64,000 bases of DNA from an uncultured Candidatus Binatia bacterium (GTDB lineage: Bacteria > Desulfobacterota > Binatia > UBA9968 > JAJDTQ01), in NCBI GenBank assembly GCA_965242525.1, contig OZ251459.1, positions 3,008,001 through 3,072,000 of the forward strand, written 5' to 3'. Both the position numbers and the translations under genes were made by a program. Under the pieces are notes generated by a model, which saw only the letters and a list, made by a program, of their open reading frames with translations, searched no databases and had not been told where the DNA came from. This document shows, piece after piece, positions 30,615 to 39,285 of this stretch; the first letter of the stretch is position 1, and each line of letters opens with the position of its first letter.

Positions 30615-33600
30615 GGGTTCCCGTCCCCTCCGGCCGGTTCCCGGATGTAGATGTCAACTTCCGGCTCCACGTCGCGCAGGGATCGGTTGGCGCGGAACTT
30701 GCGGTGGCGTGGAGACTCGAAATCCCTGTCGAGCATCTCGCGCAGCAAGGGCTGGCCTCCTCCCCGCTCGTATTTCTGGTACTGCATCCCGACGTTCCCG
30801 GCGCGGTAGTCCTCCACGATGGCGCACCAGGAGTCCAGCAGGTCCGTCACCCGTCCGCACACGTCGCCCAGCCGTTCCGCCTGCTCCGCGTCGTCGGCGA
30901 AGGGCTGCCGCGCCGCACGCTCGTCGAACCATTCGAGCAGCCGGCGCTCCAGGCCGGCGCGCACCTCCCCAATCTCCTGAACGCCCCTGGGCGGCGTCAG
31001 CTTCGCCTCGGCGTGGCGGGCGAGTCCCACCAGCGCGCCGGCGAAGCCGCGGTCCAGGGCGCGGGCGGAGAACGGCGTCACGCTCGATACCTCCACCGAC
31101 CGGTAGAAGGTCTCGTGGTAGTGGCGGAACCGTTCGTAGTGCGAGCGGTCGCGCGGCTTGTGGGCGTTCAGCAGGGTGACCACCAACCCCGGACGCCGGT
31201 CGTCGCGCCCCACGCGGCTCGTGGCCTGGATGTACTCCGCGTGCGTCTTGGGCTGGCCCAGCACCGCCATGAGGCCCAGCCGGGGGATGTCGAGACCCAC
31301 CGAGATCATGTTGGTGGCGATGGCGCAGTCCACGCGGTGCTTCTCGTGGAAGACGCATTCCAGACGCCTGCGCGCCTCCGCCACCTTGTCCGTGGAGACG
31401 CGCGAGGTCAGCTCCACCACCTCCGAGAACGTGGCGCGGTCCCGGAACAGGCCGCGCTTTTCGCCCATCCGCCGGCGCTCTCCGTACTGCCGGACGGTGT
31501 TCCGTACCTCCTCTTCGAGGATGCGCCGCGCGCCCCCCAGCTCCCGCAGGCTGTTGAAGTAGCCGAGCACGGTCATGTAGGGGTCCGCGGGGTTGTCCCG
31601 GTTCCTGTGTCCGCCGGCGTCCCGGTACGCCCGCTCCGCGGCGCCCATGAGCGCGAGCCAGACCTTGCGCATGACGACCTTGGGGTTGCGGCCCGGGGAA
31701 CTGACGCCGAGGTAGCGGCGTCCCGGCGCCTGCTCCACCGGCGCGGCGCGGGCGAAGAAGGAATCGCGCCGATCCGGTCCCGGGGGCGGGAAGACGTGCG
31801 TGACGGGCCGTGCGAACAGGGCCTGGATCTGGTCCTGGGCCTGCCTTACGGTGGCGGTGGACGCGACGACCTTGGGACGCGCCGCGGGCCGGTCGCCGTC
31901 GCCGCCGACCCCGCGCATGCAGAGCGCTTCGATGGCGGCCTCGTACAGCCCCACCATGGTGCCCAACGGCCCGGAGATGAGATGCAACTCGTCCTGGATC
32001 ACGAGGTCGGGGGGAGGCAGCGGACGTTCGAGACGCCGGCCCCTGCTCCCGTCGGCGGCGCCGTAGAAGCCCGCCTCGTCGCATCGGTCGGCGCCCCCCA
32101 GCAGCTTGCCGGTCGCCGCGGTCCAAGGGAGCGCCGCGAACTTGTCCACGGTGGCGACCACGAAGGCCGGAAGGCGGCGGTAGATGGGCTCGTCCACCGC
32201 CACCACCGGGAGCGGCCGGTCGCCGTTGAAGTCGCAATCGAGGTTCGCGCAGACGATGCGCAACTCGGCGGGCCGGTCGTCGTCGGGCAGCAGGGTGAAG
32301 GAAGCGGGTTCGAAAGGGGTCTCGCACCAGGGGCAGTTCTCCAGGGGGATGGGGGAGGGCTTGCCGCCGGGGTCTGCCTTGAACTGCCGGGTCCTGGAGC
32401 GCGCCGAATCCGAGCGCCGGTCGCCCTTCCGGCCCATGAGGTTGGGGGTCGCGGCCTTGCCCACCCACAGGCCGATCTCGAACGGCCATTGGCCGTAGCG
32501 GGCCGCGTCCGCCTGGCGCTCCAACTCCAGCGCGCAGACCAGGCCGGAGACCCGGGCGAGCTGGTCCAGGGTGAGCAGGCGCAGCGTATAGCGCATGACG
32601 ACGCTCACGCCCGCGCCTTGCAGCCCGTTCCGGCCCGGGTTGCGCAGTCTTCGCAGCACCATGGCGAAGGCGGCGAGGCCCAGGTACGCCTCGGTCTTGC
32701 CGCCGCCGGTGGGGAAGAAGAGCAGGTCCACCACTTCGCGGTCCGGGTCCCCCGGGTCGGCCACCCCGGGGACGTTCAACAGGAGGAACGCAAGCTGGAA
32801 GGCGCGCCAGCAGGGCAGCTCATGCCCGAGTTGACTCGCCAGCCGCCGCCGGAGGGCGCGCGCCACCGCACGGTTGGCCACCCGGAACGCATCGAGGGCG
32901 TCCGCGTCCGAGGCCAACACCGCAAGACCGCGCCCCATCCGGTCCGCGGCGACCGCGGCCCGGCGCAACAGTTCCTCCGCGGTGGCGCGCCGCGCACCCG
33001 CCAGCGTCGAGAGGTCCTCGCGCCGGGAGGCGATCCAGCCGCGGTAACGCTCCACGAGAGGCCGCAGCGCCGCCTCCGCGGCCGGTCCGTCGGGAAGCGA
33101 TCCCAAGGCGTCCATGGAAAGCTCGGCGCCCGGCACGTCCACGGTCTCGGTCTTCTCCACGTCGGCGCGGGGGATCCACGCGGTGCGCAGCGTGCGGCAG
33201 GCGCCGTCCACGATCTCCCAGTCCGCGGCCACGCCGTGGCCGGTGGCGTACTCGGGCGTGTCCGCATAATGCAGGTCCGCCACCTTCTCGTCCCAGTCCG
33301 CGGCGCGGACGCCGCGCAGGTCGGGCCGCGGCGCGAAAGCGTGCCCGCCGCGCACCTCGACCTCGGCCTGGAAGGCGTAGGCAAGGTCGGGTTTGTCGTC
33401 GTCCGGTCTGCGCCGGTTGACCAGGAACACGGACGCCGCCCGCGTCCCCGCGGGAAGCTCCGCCAGCCCCTCGGTGTCGATGGACCGCTGGACCACGTGA
33501 AGCCAGAGGCCGCCGGACTCCGGGACCTCCCGTTCGCCGGGTTGCGACAACTCTACCCGCATGGTCCGTTGGTTGGGCCGCCGTTGCCAGACGGCGTCGG

Positions 33601-34030
33601 ACTTTCCGTCGGCGTCCCGGACCTCCGCGAGCTCGTAATCGCCCCACCGCACGGTCACGGTCAGGACTTCCTCCTCCCCGGCCACCAGGAAGCTCAACCC
33701 CAGTGACGACGGAAAGAACCCCTTCCTGGCCGCCCGGCGCTCCTCCACCGACTCCTCGGCGAGGCCGCCCGCCCCGGGAACCTCGTCGATGTCGTCGTCT
33801 TCGTCCGCGTCCGCGCTCCGCTCCGGGTCCGTGCCCGACGGGATCAGGAAGCCGGTGAGATACCAGTTGGACGGCCGCACCCACCCGGGCAACCGCTCGC
33901 TTGCGTGTTCATGCCCCGCCCACGGCCCGATGAGGTCCAGGTTCAGGGCCTCCACCAGGCGTTCGCGGACGGCCGCGGAGTCGGCCAACGGGGCGTCCGC
34001 GGTTCCCGCGGCGGTTTCGGGCGGGGTCAT
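30611..34030 (-). CDS. drmA: DISARM helicase DrmA
   Basis: FPTGGGKTEAY, RYTLRLLT, ATVDKFA, IQDELHLI, ATNMISVGLDI, YIQATSRVGR; stop overlaps the drmB start (ATGA). Confidence 0.9.
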   Translation of the reverse strand: MTPPETAAGTADAPLADSAAVRERLVEALNLDLIGPWAGHEHASERLPGWVRPSNWYLTGFLIPSGTDPERSADADEDDDIDEVPGAGGLAEESVEERRAARKGFFPSSLGLSFLVAGEEEVLTVTVRWGDYELAEVRDADGKSDAVWQRRPNQRTMRVELSQPGEREVPESGGLWLHVVQRSIDTEGLAELPAGTRAASVFLVNRRRPDDDKPDLAYAFQAEVEVRGGHAFAPRPDLRGVRAADWDEKVADLHYADTPEYATGHGVAADWEIVDGACRTLRTAWIPRADVEKTETVDVPGAELSMDALGSLPDGPAAEAALRPLVERYRGWIASRREDLSTLAGARRATAEELLRRAAVAADRMGRGLAVLASDADALDAFRVANRAVARALRRRLASQLGHELPCWRAFQLAFLLLNVPGVADPGDPDREVVDLLFFPTGGGKTEAYLGLAAFAMVLRRLRNPGRNGLQGAGVSVVMRYTLRLLTLDQLARVSGLVCALELERQADAARYGQWPFEIGLWVGKAATPNLMGRKGDRRSDSARSRTRQFKADPGGKPSPIPLENCPWCETPFEPASFTLLPDDDRPAELRIVCANLDCDFNGDRPLPVVAVDEPIYRRLPAFVVATVDKFAALPWTAATGKLLGGADRCDEAGFYGAADGSRGRRLERPLPPPDLVIQDELHLISGPLGTMVGLYEAAIEALCMRGVGGDGDRPAARPKVVASTATVRQAQDQIQALFARPVTHVFPPPGPDRRDSFFARAAPVEQAPGRRYLGVSSPGRNPKVVMRKVWLALMGAAERAYRDAGGHRNRDNPADPYMTVLGYFNSLRELGGARRILEEEVRNTVRQYGERRRMGEKRGLFRDRATFSEVVELTSRVSTDKVAEARRRLECVFHEKHRVDCAIATNMISVGLDIPRLGLMAVLGQPKTHAEYIQATSRVGRDDRRPGLVVTLLNAHKPRDRSHYERFRHYHETFYRSVEVSSVTPFSARALDRGFAGALVGLARHAEAKLTPPRGVQEIGEVRAGLERRLLEWFDERAARQPFADDAEQAERLGDVCGRVTDLLDSWCAIVEDYRAGNVGMQYQKYERGGGQPLLREMLDRDFESPRHRKFRANRSLRDVEPEVDIYIREPAGGDGNP

Positions 34031-34117
34031 GCGGGAGTCCCCGGTTTCGACTTGACGGCGCGGTTGGCCTCCATGCCTGCGATGCCTGCCCTTCCCGCCC
34101 TCAGCGGCTCCACCCGT

Positions 34118-35341
34118 TCAACCCTGGACGGACGCCGCAGCCCTGCGCCTGACGTAGGCCATGAGGCTGGGGATGCCCGCGGCGATGGACCCGTCCGCAT
34201 CGCCTTCGGCGACGTATCCCAACAGTCGAAGGTTCTCCAGCGCGTCGTCGGCGCTCATTGGTGCCGAGTCCGAAGCCAGTCCCTCGGTCAAGCGGTCGAT
34301 GGCTGCGTCCCTGGCGATGGACCGGGCGCCGTCGGAACAGGCGCCGGCCAGGGCAGCCGCGGCCTGGGGGATCCGTAGTTCGACGATCTCTCGCCACCGC
34401 TCTGCATAGTAGCGGTTGCGAAGCTGCCGGACCGCGGGCCGCGCCCGTTGGACGTGCGCCAGGGTCAACCGCGTCTCGTGGTCACCCAAGGTCCGCAGCG
34501 CGTGTCTGCCCCACATCTGCAGGAAGTAGGGATAGCAGCCGGCGTCGTCCACCATGTGGTCCAACGCATCCCGGTCCACCTGCACGCCGCCGGTGTGGAG
34601 CGGCTTGCGGATGGCGTCTCTGGCAGCGGGTCGATTCAGCAACCCGACCGGCATGTCGCCTTCGTCCAGCCTGCTCCAGAAGCTGGAGTCCATGCGACCC
34701 AAGTGCGGCGCCAGGAGGGGCGTCCCCGCCAAGACGAGCATGAACGGCGCCTCGTCCCGAACCGCCTGGGATGCGTTCAACAGCGCCGTCCCTACTTCCG
34801 GGTCGAGGGTGTGCGCCTCATCCACCAGCAGCATCGAGGACTTGTCCCGGCAGGATCGGACCAGCGCTTCGACCCATTCCGCCTCGTCCATGCCATCATA
34901 AGTGTCGGTGGTGACGCGCTTCCCGCCCATGCGGGTCGCTCCGAGTCCCAAGCCGCCCCCGGTTTCCACCGCCCGGGTGCTCCCGGTCACGACGCTCGTG
35001 CCCAACGTTGCCCGAAAGAGCTTCGGAAGCGTCTTCAAGGCAAAGGCCGGCAGCAGGACGACGCGGATGTTCCTCGCCCCCCGCACGGCGGGCTTCGCTC
35101 CCTCCCGTTTGGCCCAGTTGAGCAGCGCCGTCTTCCCTACGCCGCGGGGACCCTGGACGGCGGCGTCATGGGCGGGGGCCTTGCCCCGGCGCAGCTCGCC
35201 CATCATCCGGTCCAGGACTCCCTGCTCATGCTCCCGCCCGGCCAGGAAGAAGGGCATGCCCCCGGCGCCGGGCCGAAACAGGTCGGTTCGGTCCACCGTC
35301 CGTGGGGTTCGTCTGCCGGGTTCGCGGGTCATCGTGTCCAT
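34118..35341 (-). CDS. AAA_16-like P-loop ATPase
   Basis: LAGREHE, GPRGVGKT, LLVDEAH, GCYPYFLQ. Confidence 0.8.
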   Translation of the reverse strand: MDTMTREPGRRTPRTVDRTDLFRPGAGGMPFFLAGREHEQGVLDRMMGELRRGKAPAHDAAVQGPRGVGKTALLNWAKREGAKPAVRGARNIRVVLLPAFALKTLPKLFRATLGTSVVTGSTRAVETGGGLGLGATRMGGKRVTTDTYDGMDEAEWVEALVRSCRDKSSMLLVDEAHTLDPEVGTALLNASQAVRDEAPFMLVLAGTPLLAPHLGRMDSSFWSRLDEGDMPVGLLNRPAARDAIRKPLHTGGVQVDRDALDHMVDDAGCYPYFLQMWGRHALRTLGDHETRLTLAHVQRARPAVRQLRNRYYAERWREIVELRIPQAAAALAGACSDGARSIARDAAIDRLTEGLASDSAPMSADDALENLRLLGYVAEGDADGSIAAGIPSLMAYVRRRAAASVQG

Positions 35342-35546
35342 GGCGCGGGTCTCGATGCCGAGCCTCGTTCCTCAACGTTTATCTCCGATGCACGAGGAAA
35401 GCCACCCAACGCCCGGCAAAGCCGGGACAGGAGCATCCGGTCTCCACGAACTTCTTTCCGAGCCCCCCTGAGCCGCCTTGACCTTCTTCGTGCCCGATGG
35501 CCGTATTGACACGGCGCGAAACCGTTAGCGGTCTCGAACGAGATGT

Positions 35547-35575
35547 TTGACTTTCGGACGCCTCGGTGCTAAGGT
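35547..35575 (+). promoter_or_regulatory. Putative sigma70 promoter of the nested + strand cassette
   Basis: TTGACT, 17 bp, TAAGGT with an extended -10 TG. Confidence 0.5.
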
Positions 35576-35665
35576 GTTTCACTATCTAACCGAGGGTACA
35601 GAATCCCTCAGATGATGGGCTTTCTCAACTATCGGAACACAACCGACGAGCATACAGGACCGCAC

Positions 35666-36019
35666 ATGATGACCGACGAGGAGACCGTCCGCAAAGCTCT
35701 CAGCACACGGCTCAAGGAGGCGAGGGAGTACCGGGGGTTCTCTCAAGAGGAAGTGGCCCGTTATCTCCGGGTGCCTCGAACGGCAATTTCCCTAATGGAG
35801 AGCGGAGCGCGGCGCGTGAGCGCTCTGGAGCTCAGCCGCCTCGCCAAGCTCTATCAGACCAGCATGGAAAGCCTCACGGGACAGGAACCGGAAGAAGCGG
35901 AACCGGAGTCTATCCGTCTGGTAGCGCGCGCTGCCGCCAAGCTATCGCCGAAAGACCGCGATGAGGTCCTGCGTTTCGCACAGTTCTTGCGTACGAGGGT
36001 GTCGGATGAACCGGCATAA
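35666..36019 (+). CDS. XRE-family HTH regulator
   Basis: RLKEAREYRGFSQEEVA...AISLMESGARRVSALEL. Confidence 0.9.
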   Translation: MMTDEETVRKALSTRLKEAREYRGFSQEEVARYLRVPRTAISLMESGARRVSALELSRLAKLYQTSMESLTGQEPEEAEPESIRLVARAAAKLSPKDRDEVLRFAQFLRTRVSDEPA

Positions 36020-36033
36020 ATTGTGAGGATACG

Positions 36034-36519
36034 ATGAACCTGTCATCATTGTTCGAACGATTTCGCCTGAAGAACGTGCACCTGGGGCCGCGGTGGGCCA
36101 ACGTTGAATTCGAGTTCAAGGACGAAGACCGGAGCGCCGCATGGGAATTGTACGTCGAGATGCTGACTCGGATCGTCACGCAACCACTACCGGCGAGTGC
36201 GGGGGATGAACGAACTGCCCTGGAAAGCGTCCATTCGCTGTTTCCGACCACCCGTGAAATTCTGCGCCGACACGGAAGCGGCGCCGTGCAGTTCAGCAAG
36301 GTGGCGATTCCCATCCTGAACCAGGTGGTGCGCCCCTTTACCGCGAAGTGGCACAGAGAATCCCTGTCGGGCGCTTTCGACGACGCGAAAAGGCGCAAGG
36401 AGTTTCGGGGAGAGATGGAACATCTGCGGACGAACCTGCGTCACTACAACCGCATGCTGGCGGAGATCGCCGACGTGGAAGACTTGACCGACCTGGAGCA
36501 CTTGGACGAAGGAAAATGA
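36034..36519 (+). CDS. Hypothetical all-helical protein
   Basis: Well-formed ORF with RBS; motifs AAWELYVEMLTRI and LNQVVRPFTAKWH; no function recognised. Confidence 0.8.
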   Translation: MNLSSLFERFRLKNVHLGPRWANVEFEFKDEDRSAAWELYVEMLTRIVTQPLPASAGDERTALESVHSLFPTTREILRRHGSGAVQFSKVAIPILNQVVRPFTAKWHRESLSGAFDDAKRRKEFRGEMEHLRTNLRHYNRMLAEIADVEDLTDLEHLDEGK

Positions 36520-36523
36520 ACCG

Positions 36524-37000
36524 ATGGCGGAAGAAATCCGGAACGTATTCATCAGCCACCGGCACGAGGACGACGCCGGCCTGGCGGAACTCAAGCGGCT
36601 GGTCGGGCAGCATGGCTTGACTTGCCGTGACTACTCCATAACCGCGGACAATCCGAACAATGCCCACAATGGGCAATACATAAAGTCCGAGATCCTCGCT
36701 CCGCGCATACGCCAAGCCGGCTGTCTGGTGGTGTACGTATCGAAAAGGACGAAACAGAGCGAGTGGGTGGAATGGGAGATCGACTACGCCCAGAAACAAG
36801 GCAAGCGGATCGTGGGCGTCTGGGCGCGCGGAGACCTGGATTGCGACCTGCCGGCCGCCCTGGATCGTCACGCCGACGCCATGGTCGGCTGGAGCGGCGA
36901 GAACATCATCGACGCCATCAACGGCGGGTCCGACACATGGTACAACCCGGACGGGTCCATGTACGGTTACCGCGCCATTCCACGAGTTGTCTGCCAATGA
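36524..37000 (+). CDS. TIR domain protein (ThsB/DUF1863-like)
   Basis: RNVFISHRHED, LVVYVS, SEWVEWEIDYA (catalytic Glu position), GKRIVGV. Confidence 0.85.
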   Translation: MAEEIRNVFISHRHEDDAGLAELKRLVGQHGLTCRDYSITADNPNNAHNGQYIKSEILAPRIRQAGCLVVYVSKRTKQSEWVEWEIDYAQKQGKRIVGVWARGDLDCDLPAALDRHADAMVGWSGENIIDAINGGSDTWYNPDGSMYGYRAIPRVVCQ

Positions 37001-37010
37001 GGATAACCCG

Positions 37011-37775
37011 ATGCCGAAACTCTATTCATATGTCGTGGCAAGGGATTACGGGTTCGCTCCGAACCCCTTCTGCGGTTTCTGCACGCTGGCGACATGCAAA
37101 CCGGAGATACGCCGGAAAGCCGCTGTCGGCGATTGGATCATGGGGACCGGATCGAAACGGACGGAGCGAGAGTCGCACGTGGTTTACGCCATGTGCGTGA
37201 GTGAAGTGATGACGTTCAACGAATACTGGCAGGATACCCGTTTCCGAAACAAGCACCCTGACCTGCACGCCAGCATTCGCAAGGCGTTCGGCGACAACAT
37301 CTACCACCGCAACGACGCCACCGGCAGGTGGCGACAGGCCGACTCTCATCACAGTTGCGAAGACGGGACCCCGAATCGCCAGAACGTCGATCACGATACC
37401 CGCGTGGACCGGGTTCTTGTCAGTGACGATTTCATCTACTGGGGTGGTCATGGTCCGAAGATTCCTGCGTCTTTCAGAAAAGATGTCTGTAAGAGCGGAT
37501 CTGGCCACAAATGCAATTTCCCGGCCAAGATCGTGGACGAATGCATCGCGTGGTTGCGTGGTCTTGACGGAAGAGGCTACCGCGGCGATCCGCTGGAGTG
37601 GGACAGGAAGAGCATGGGGCTGCCGTGGCACAAGCGACGAAGGATGCCGCCTTTCCAGCCACGCTCCGCTGTCGCGGCCCGGGCGGCGATTGTCGGCTTG
37701 AAGGCTTTTCAACGGACACACCGCCTGCGCGGGTTGTCGGTTCGGCAGATGGTGGAAGAGGGACGACGGTATTGA
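37011..37775 (+). CDS. Nmad2 (nucleotide-modification-associated domain 2) protein with antitoxin-like C-terminal tail
   Basis: LYSYVVARDYGFAPNPF.GFCTLATCKP.IR, GDNIY, VLVSDDFIYWG; the domain appears to end at GDPLEW (about 37600), followed by about 57 extra residues ending LSVRQMVEEGRRY. Confidence 0.8.
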   Translation: MPKLYSYVVARDYGFAPNPFCGFCTLATCKPEIRRKAAVGDWIMGTGSKRTERESHVVYAMCVSEVMTFNEYWQDTRFRNKHPDLHASIRKAFGDNIYHRNDATGRWRQADSHHSCEDGTPNRQNVDHDTRVDRVLVSDDFIYWGGHGPKIPASFRKDVCKSGSGHKCNFPAKIVDECIAWLRGLDGRGYRGDPLEWDRKSMGLPWHKRRRMPPFQPRSAVAARAAIVGLKAFQRTHRLRGLSVRQMVEEGRRY

Positions 37776-38191
37776 CGGCGTTCGTTCTCGATTGCTCGGT
37801 CACCATGGCCTGGATGTTTCGCGACGAAGCGACCGATGCCACCGATCGGCTGCGGGACATGCTGAACGATGATCGTGCCCTGGTTCCCGCCCTCTGGCCC
37901 ACAGAAACCGCCAACGCGCTTCTCGTTGCGACCCGGCGGGGACGTATCGCCTTGGACGAACTGCCGCGACTTCGCATGCAACTCAATGCGCTGCCGATCG
38001 ACATCGACCCGATCTCAACCGCCCATACCTGGGGGCCGGTGCTCGATCTCGCACACGCGCACCGGCTCACCGTCTATGATGCGACGTATCTCGAACTTGC
38101 CATGCGGAGACGGCTTCCTCTGGCCACCCTGGATCGTGCCCTCCACAACGCCGCGCGGACGGAAGGGTGCGAGATGCCGGGGTCCGCGTAA
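37772..38191 (+). CDS. vapC: VapC PIN-domain toxin
   Basis: TTG start overlapping the upstream stop; FVLDCS, ETANAL, LTVYDATYLELA, LATLD. Confidence 0.88.
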   Translation: MTAFVLDCSVTMAWMFRDEATDATDRLRDMLNDDRALVPALWPTETANALLVATRRGRIALDELPRLRMQLNALPIDIDPISTAHTWGPVLDLAHAHRLTVYDATYLELAMRRRLPLATLDRALHNAARTEGCEMPGSA

Positions 38192-38205
38192 GACAGAGTG
38201 GGAAC

Positions 38206-39285
38206 ATGGACAACGTGTCGTGGTTTGCGCAGTACTGCGAGAACGCCGAACGCACGGACCAGCTCGTCGGTCACCGGAGGCACGTCGAACTGCTGGCGGC
38301 GGGTCTTGTCGGTGAAACCGGCAGCATTCTCGCGGAGTTGAAGAAGAAGGACAGGGAGAAGACGGCCTATCCTTTCGACCGGGAACGTCTCGAAGAAGAG
38401 ATTGGCGACGTTTTGTGGTACCTCGCTCGTCTGGTTGGAGTCCTGGCGCCATCCGAAGTAACGAAGCTGGACGACTCGGCTGCCCGTGCGGAGCAGCAGA
38501 ACGGCGATGACCTCGCGAATGCAATCGCCCTCGGCAGTGCCGTCGGCGCCATGCTCGACACGTTGCGGGAAGACTCCGGCAACGATGCCTCGCAGCGGCT
38601 CGGAGCGGTTTGGCGAGCCCTTGGTCAAGTCGCTGCCGGTTTGAAGATCGAGCTTCGCGATGCGGCTTGCAGGAACCGTCAGAAGACACGAAGCCGATGG
38701 CCAAGCGAGCGAAAGCCCGTAACGCTGTTCGACGACCGATTTCCCGAGGAGGAGCAGATTCCGCACAAACTGAACGTCGAGTTTCGGGAGATCGAGCATG
38801 GCGACAAGCCCGTCGTCATCCTGCGTTGCAACGGCATCAACGTTGGAGATCCCCTGACCGACAACATCGGGGCGGCCGATGGCTACCGATTCCACGACGT
38901 TTTCCATTTCGCGCATGCCGTGTACCTCGGATGGTCGCCGGTCTCGCGCGGCCTCCTGAAATGCAAGCGGAAAAGCAGCCCAGCCATCGACGAGAACGAG
39001 GACGGAGCACGCGCGGGGATCATCGAGGAGGCGGTGTCGGCGATCGTCTTCAGCCAAGCGAAGGAAACACGCTTCTACAAAGGCATCGATCACGTCGATT
39101 ACGATCTGCTCAAGACCATCAAGGGGTTCGTGAAGGGCTTCGAGGTTGACCGTGCGCCGTTGTGGCAGTGGGAAGAAGCCATTCTCAACGGCTACCGCGT
39201 ATTCCGGGAGCTTCAGGATCACGGAGGCGGGAAATTGACCCTGGACTTGCTCAATAGGGATCTCCGCTACGAGGCGCCGTCGTGA
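38206..39285 (+). CDS. MazG-like NTP pyrophosphohydrolase with MazG-C domain
   Basis: GLVGETGS...EEEIGDVLWY (MazG); GDPLTDN, DGYRFHDVFH, GWSPV, KRKS, EDGARA..IEE (MazG-C). Confidence 0.85.
   Translation: MDNVSWFAQYCENAERTDQLVGHRRHVELLAAGLVGETGSILAELKKKDREKTAYPFDRERLEEEIGDVLWYLARLVGVLAPSEVTKLDDSAARAEQQNGDDLANAIALGSAVGAMLDTLREDSGNDASQRLGAVWRALGQVAAGLKIELRDAACRNRQKTRSRWPSERKPVTLFDDRFPEEEQIPHKLNVEFREIEHGDKPVVILRCNGINVGDPLTDNIGAADGYRFHDVFHFAHAVYLGWSPVSRGLLKCKRKSSPAIDENEDGARAGIIEEAVSAIVFSQAKETRFYKGIDHVDYDLLKTIKGFVKGFEVDRAPLWQWEEAILNGYRVFRELQDHGGGKLTLDLLNRDLRYEAPS

Noticed and set aside
28563-33706. 695-aa and 1000-aa + strand ORFs opposite drmB/drmA
   Set aside because: Antisense shadow ORFs.
36524-37000. 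Canonical Thoeris system
   Set aside because: No ThsA-type effector in the window.
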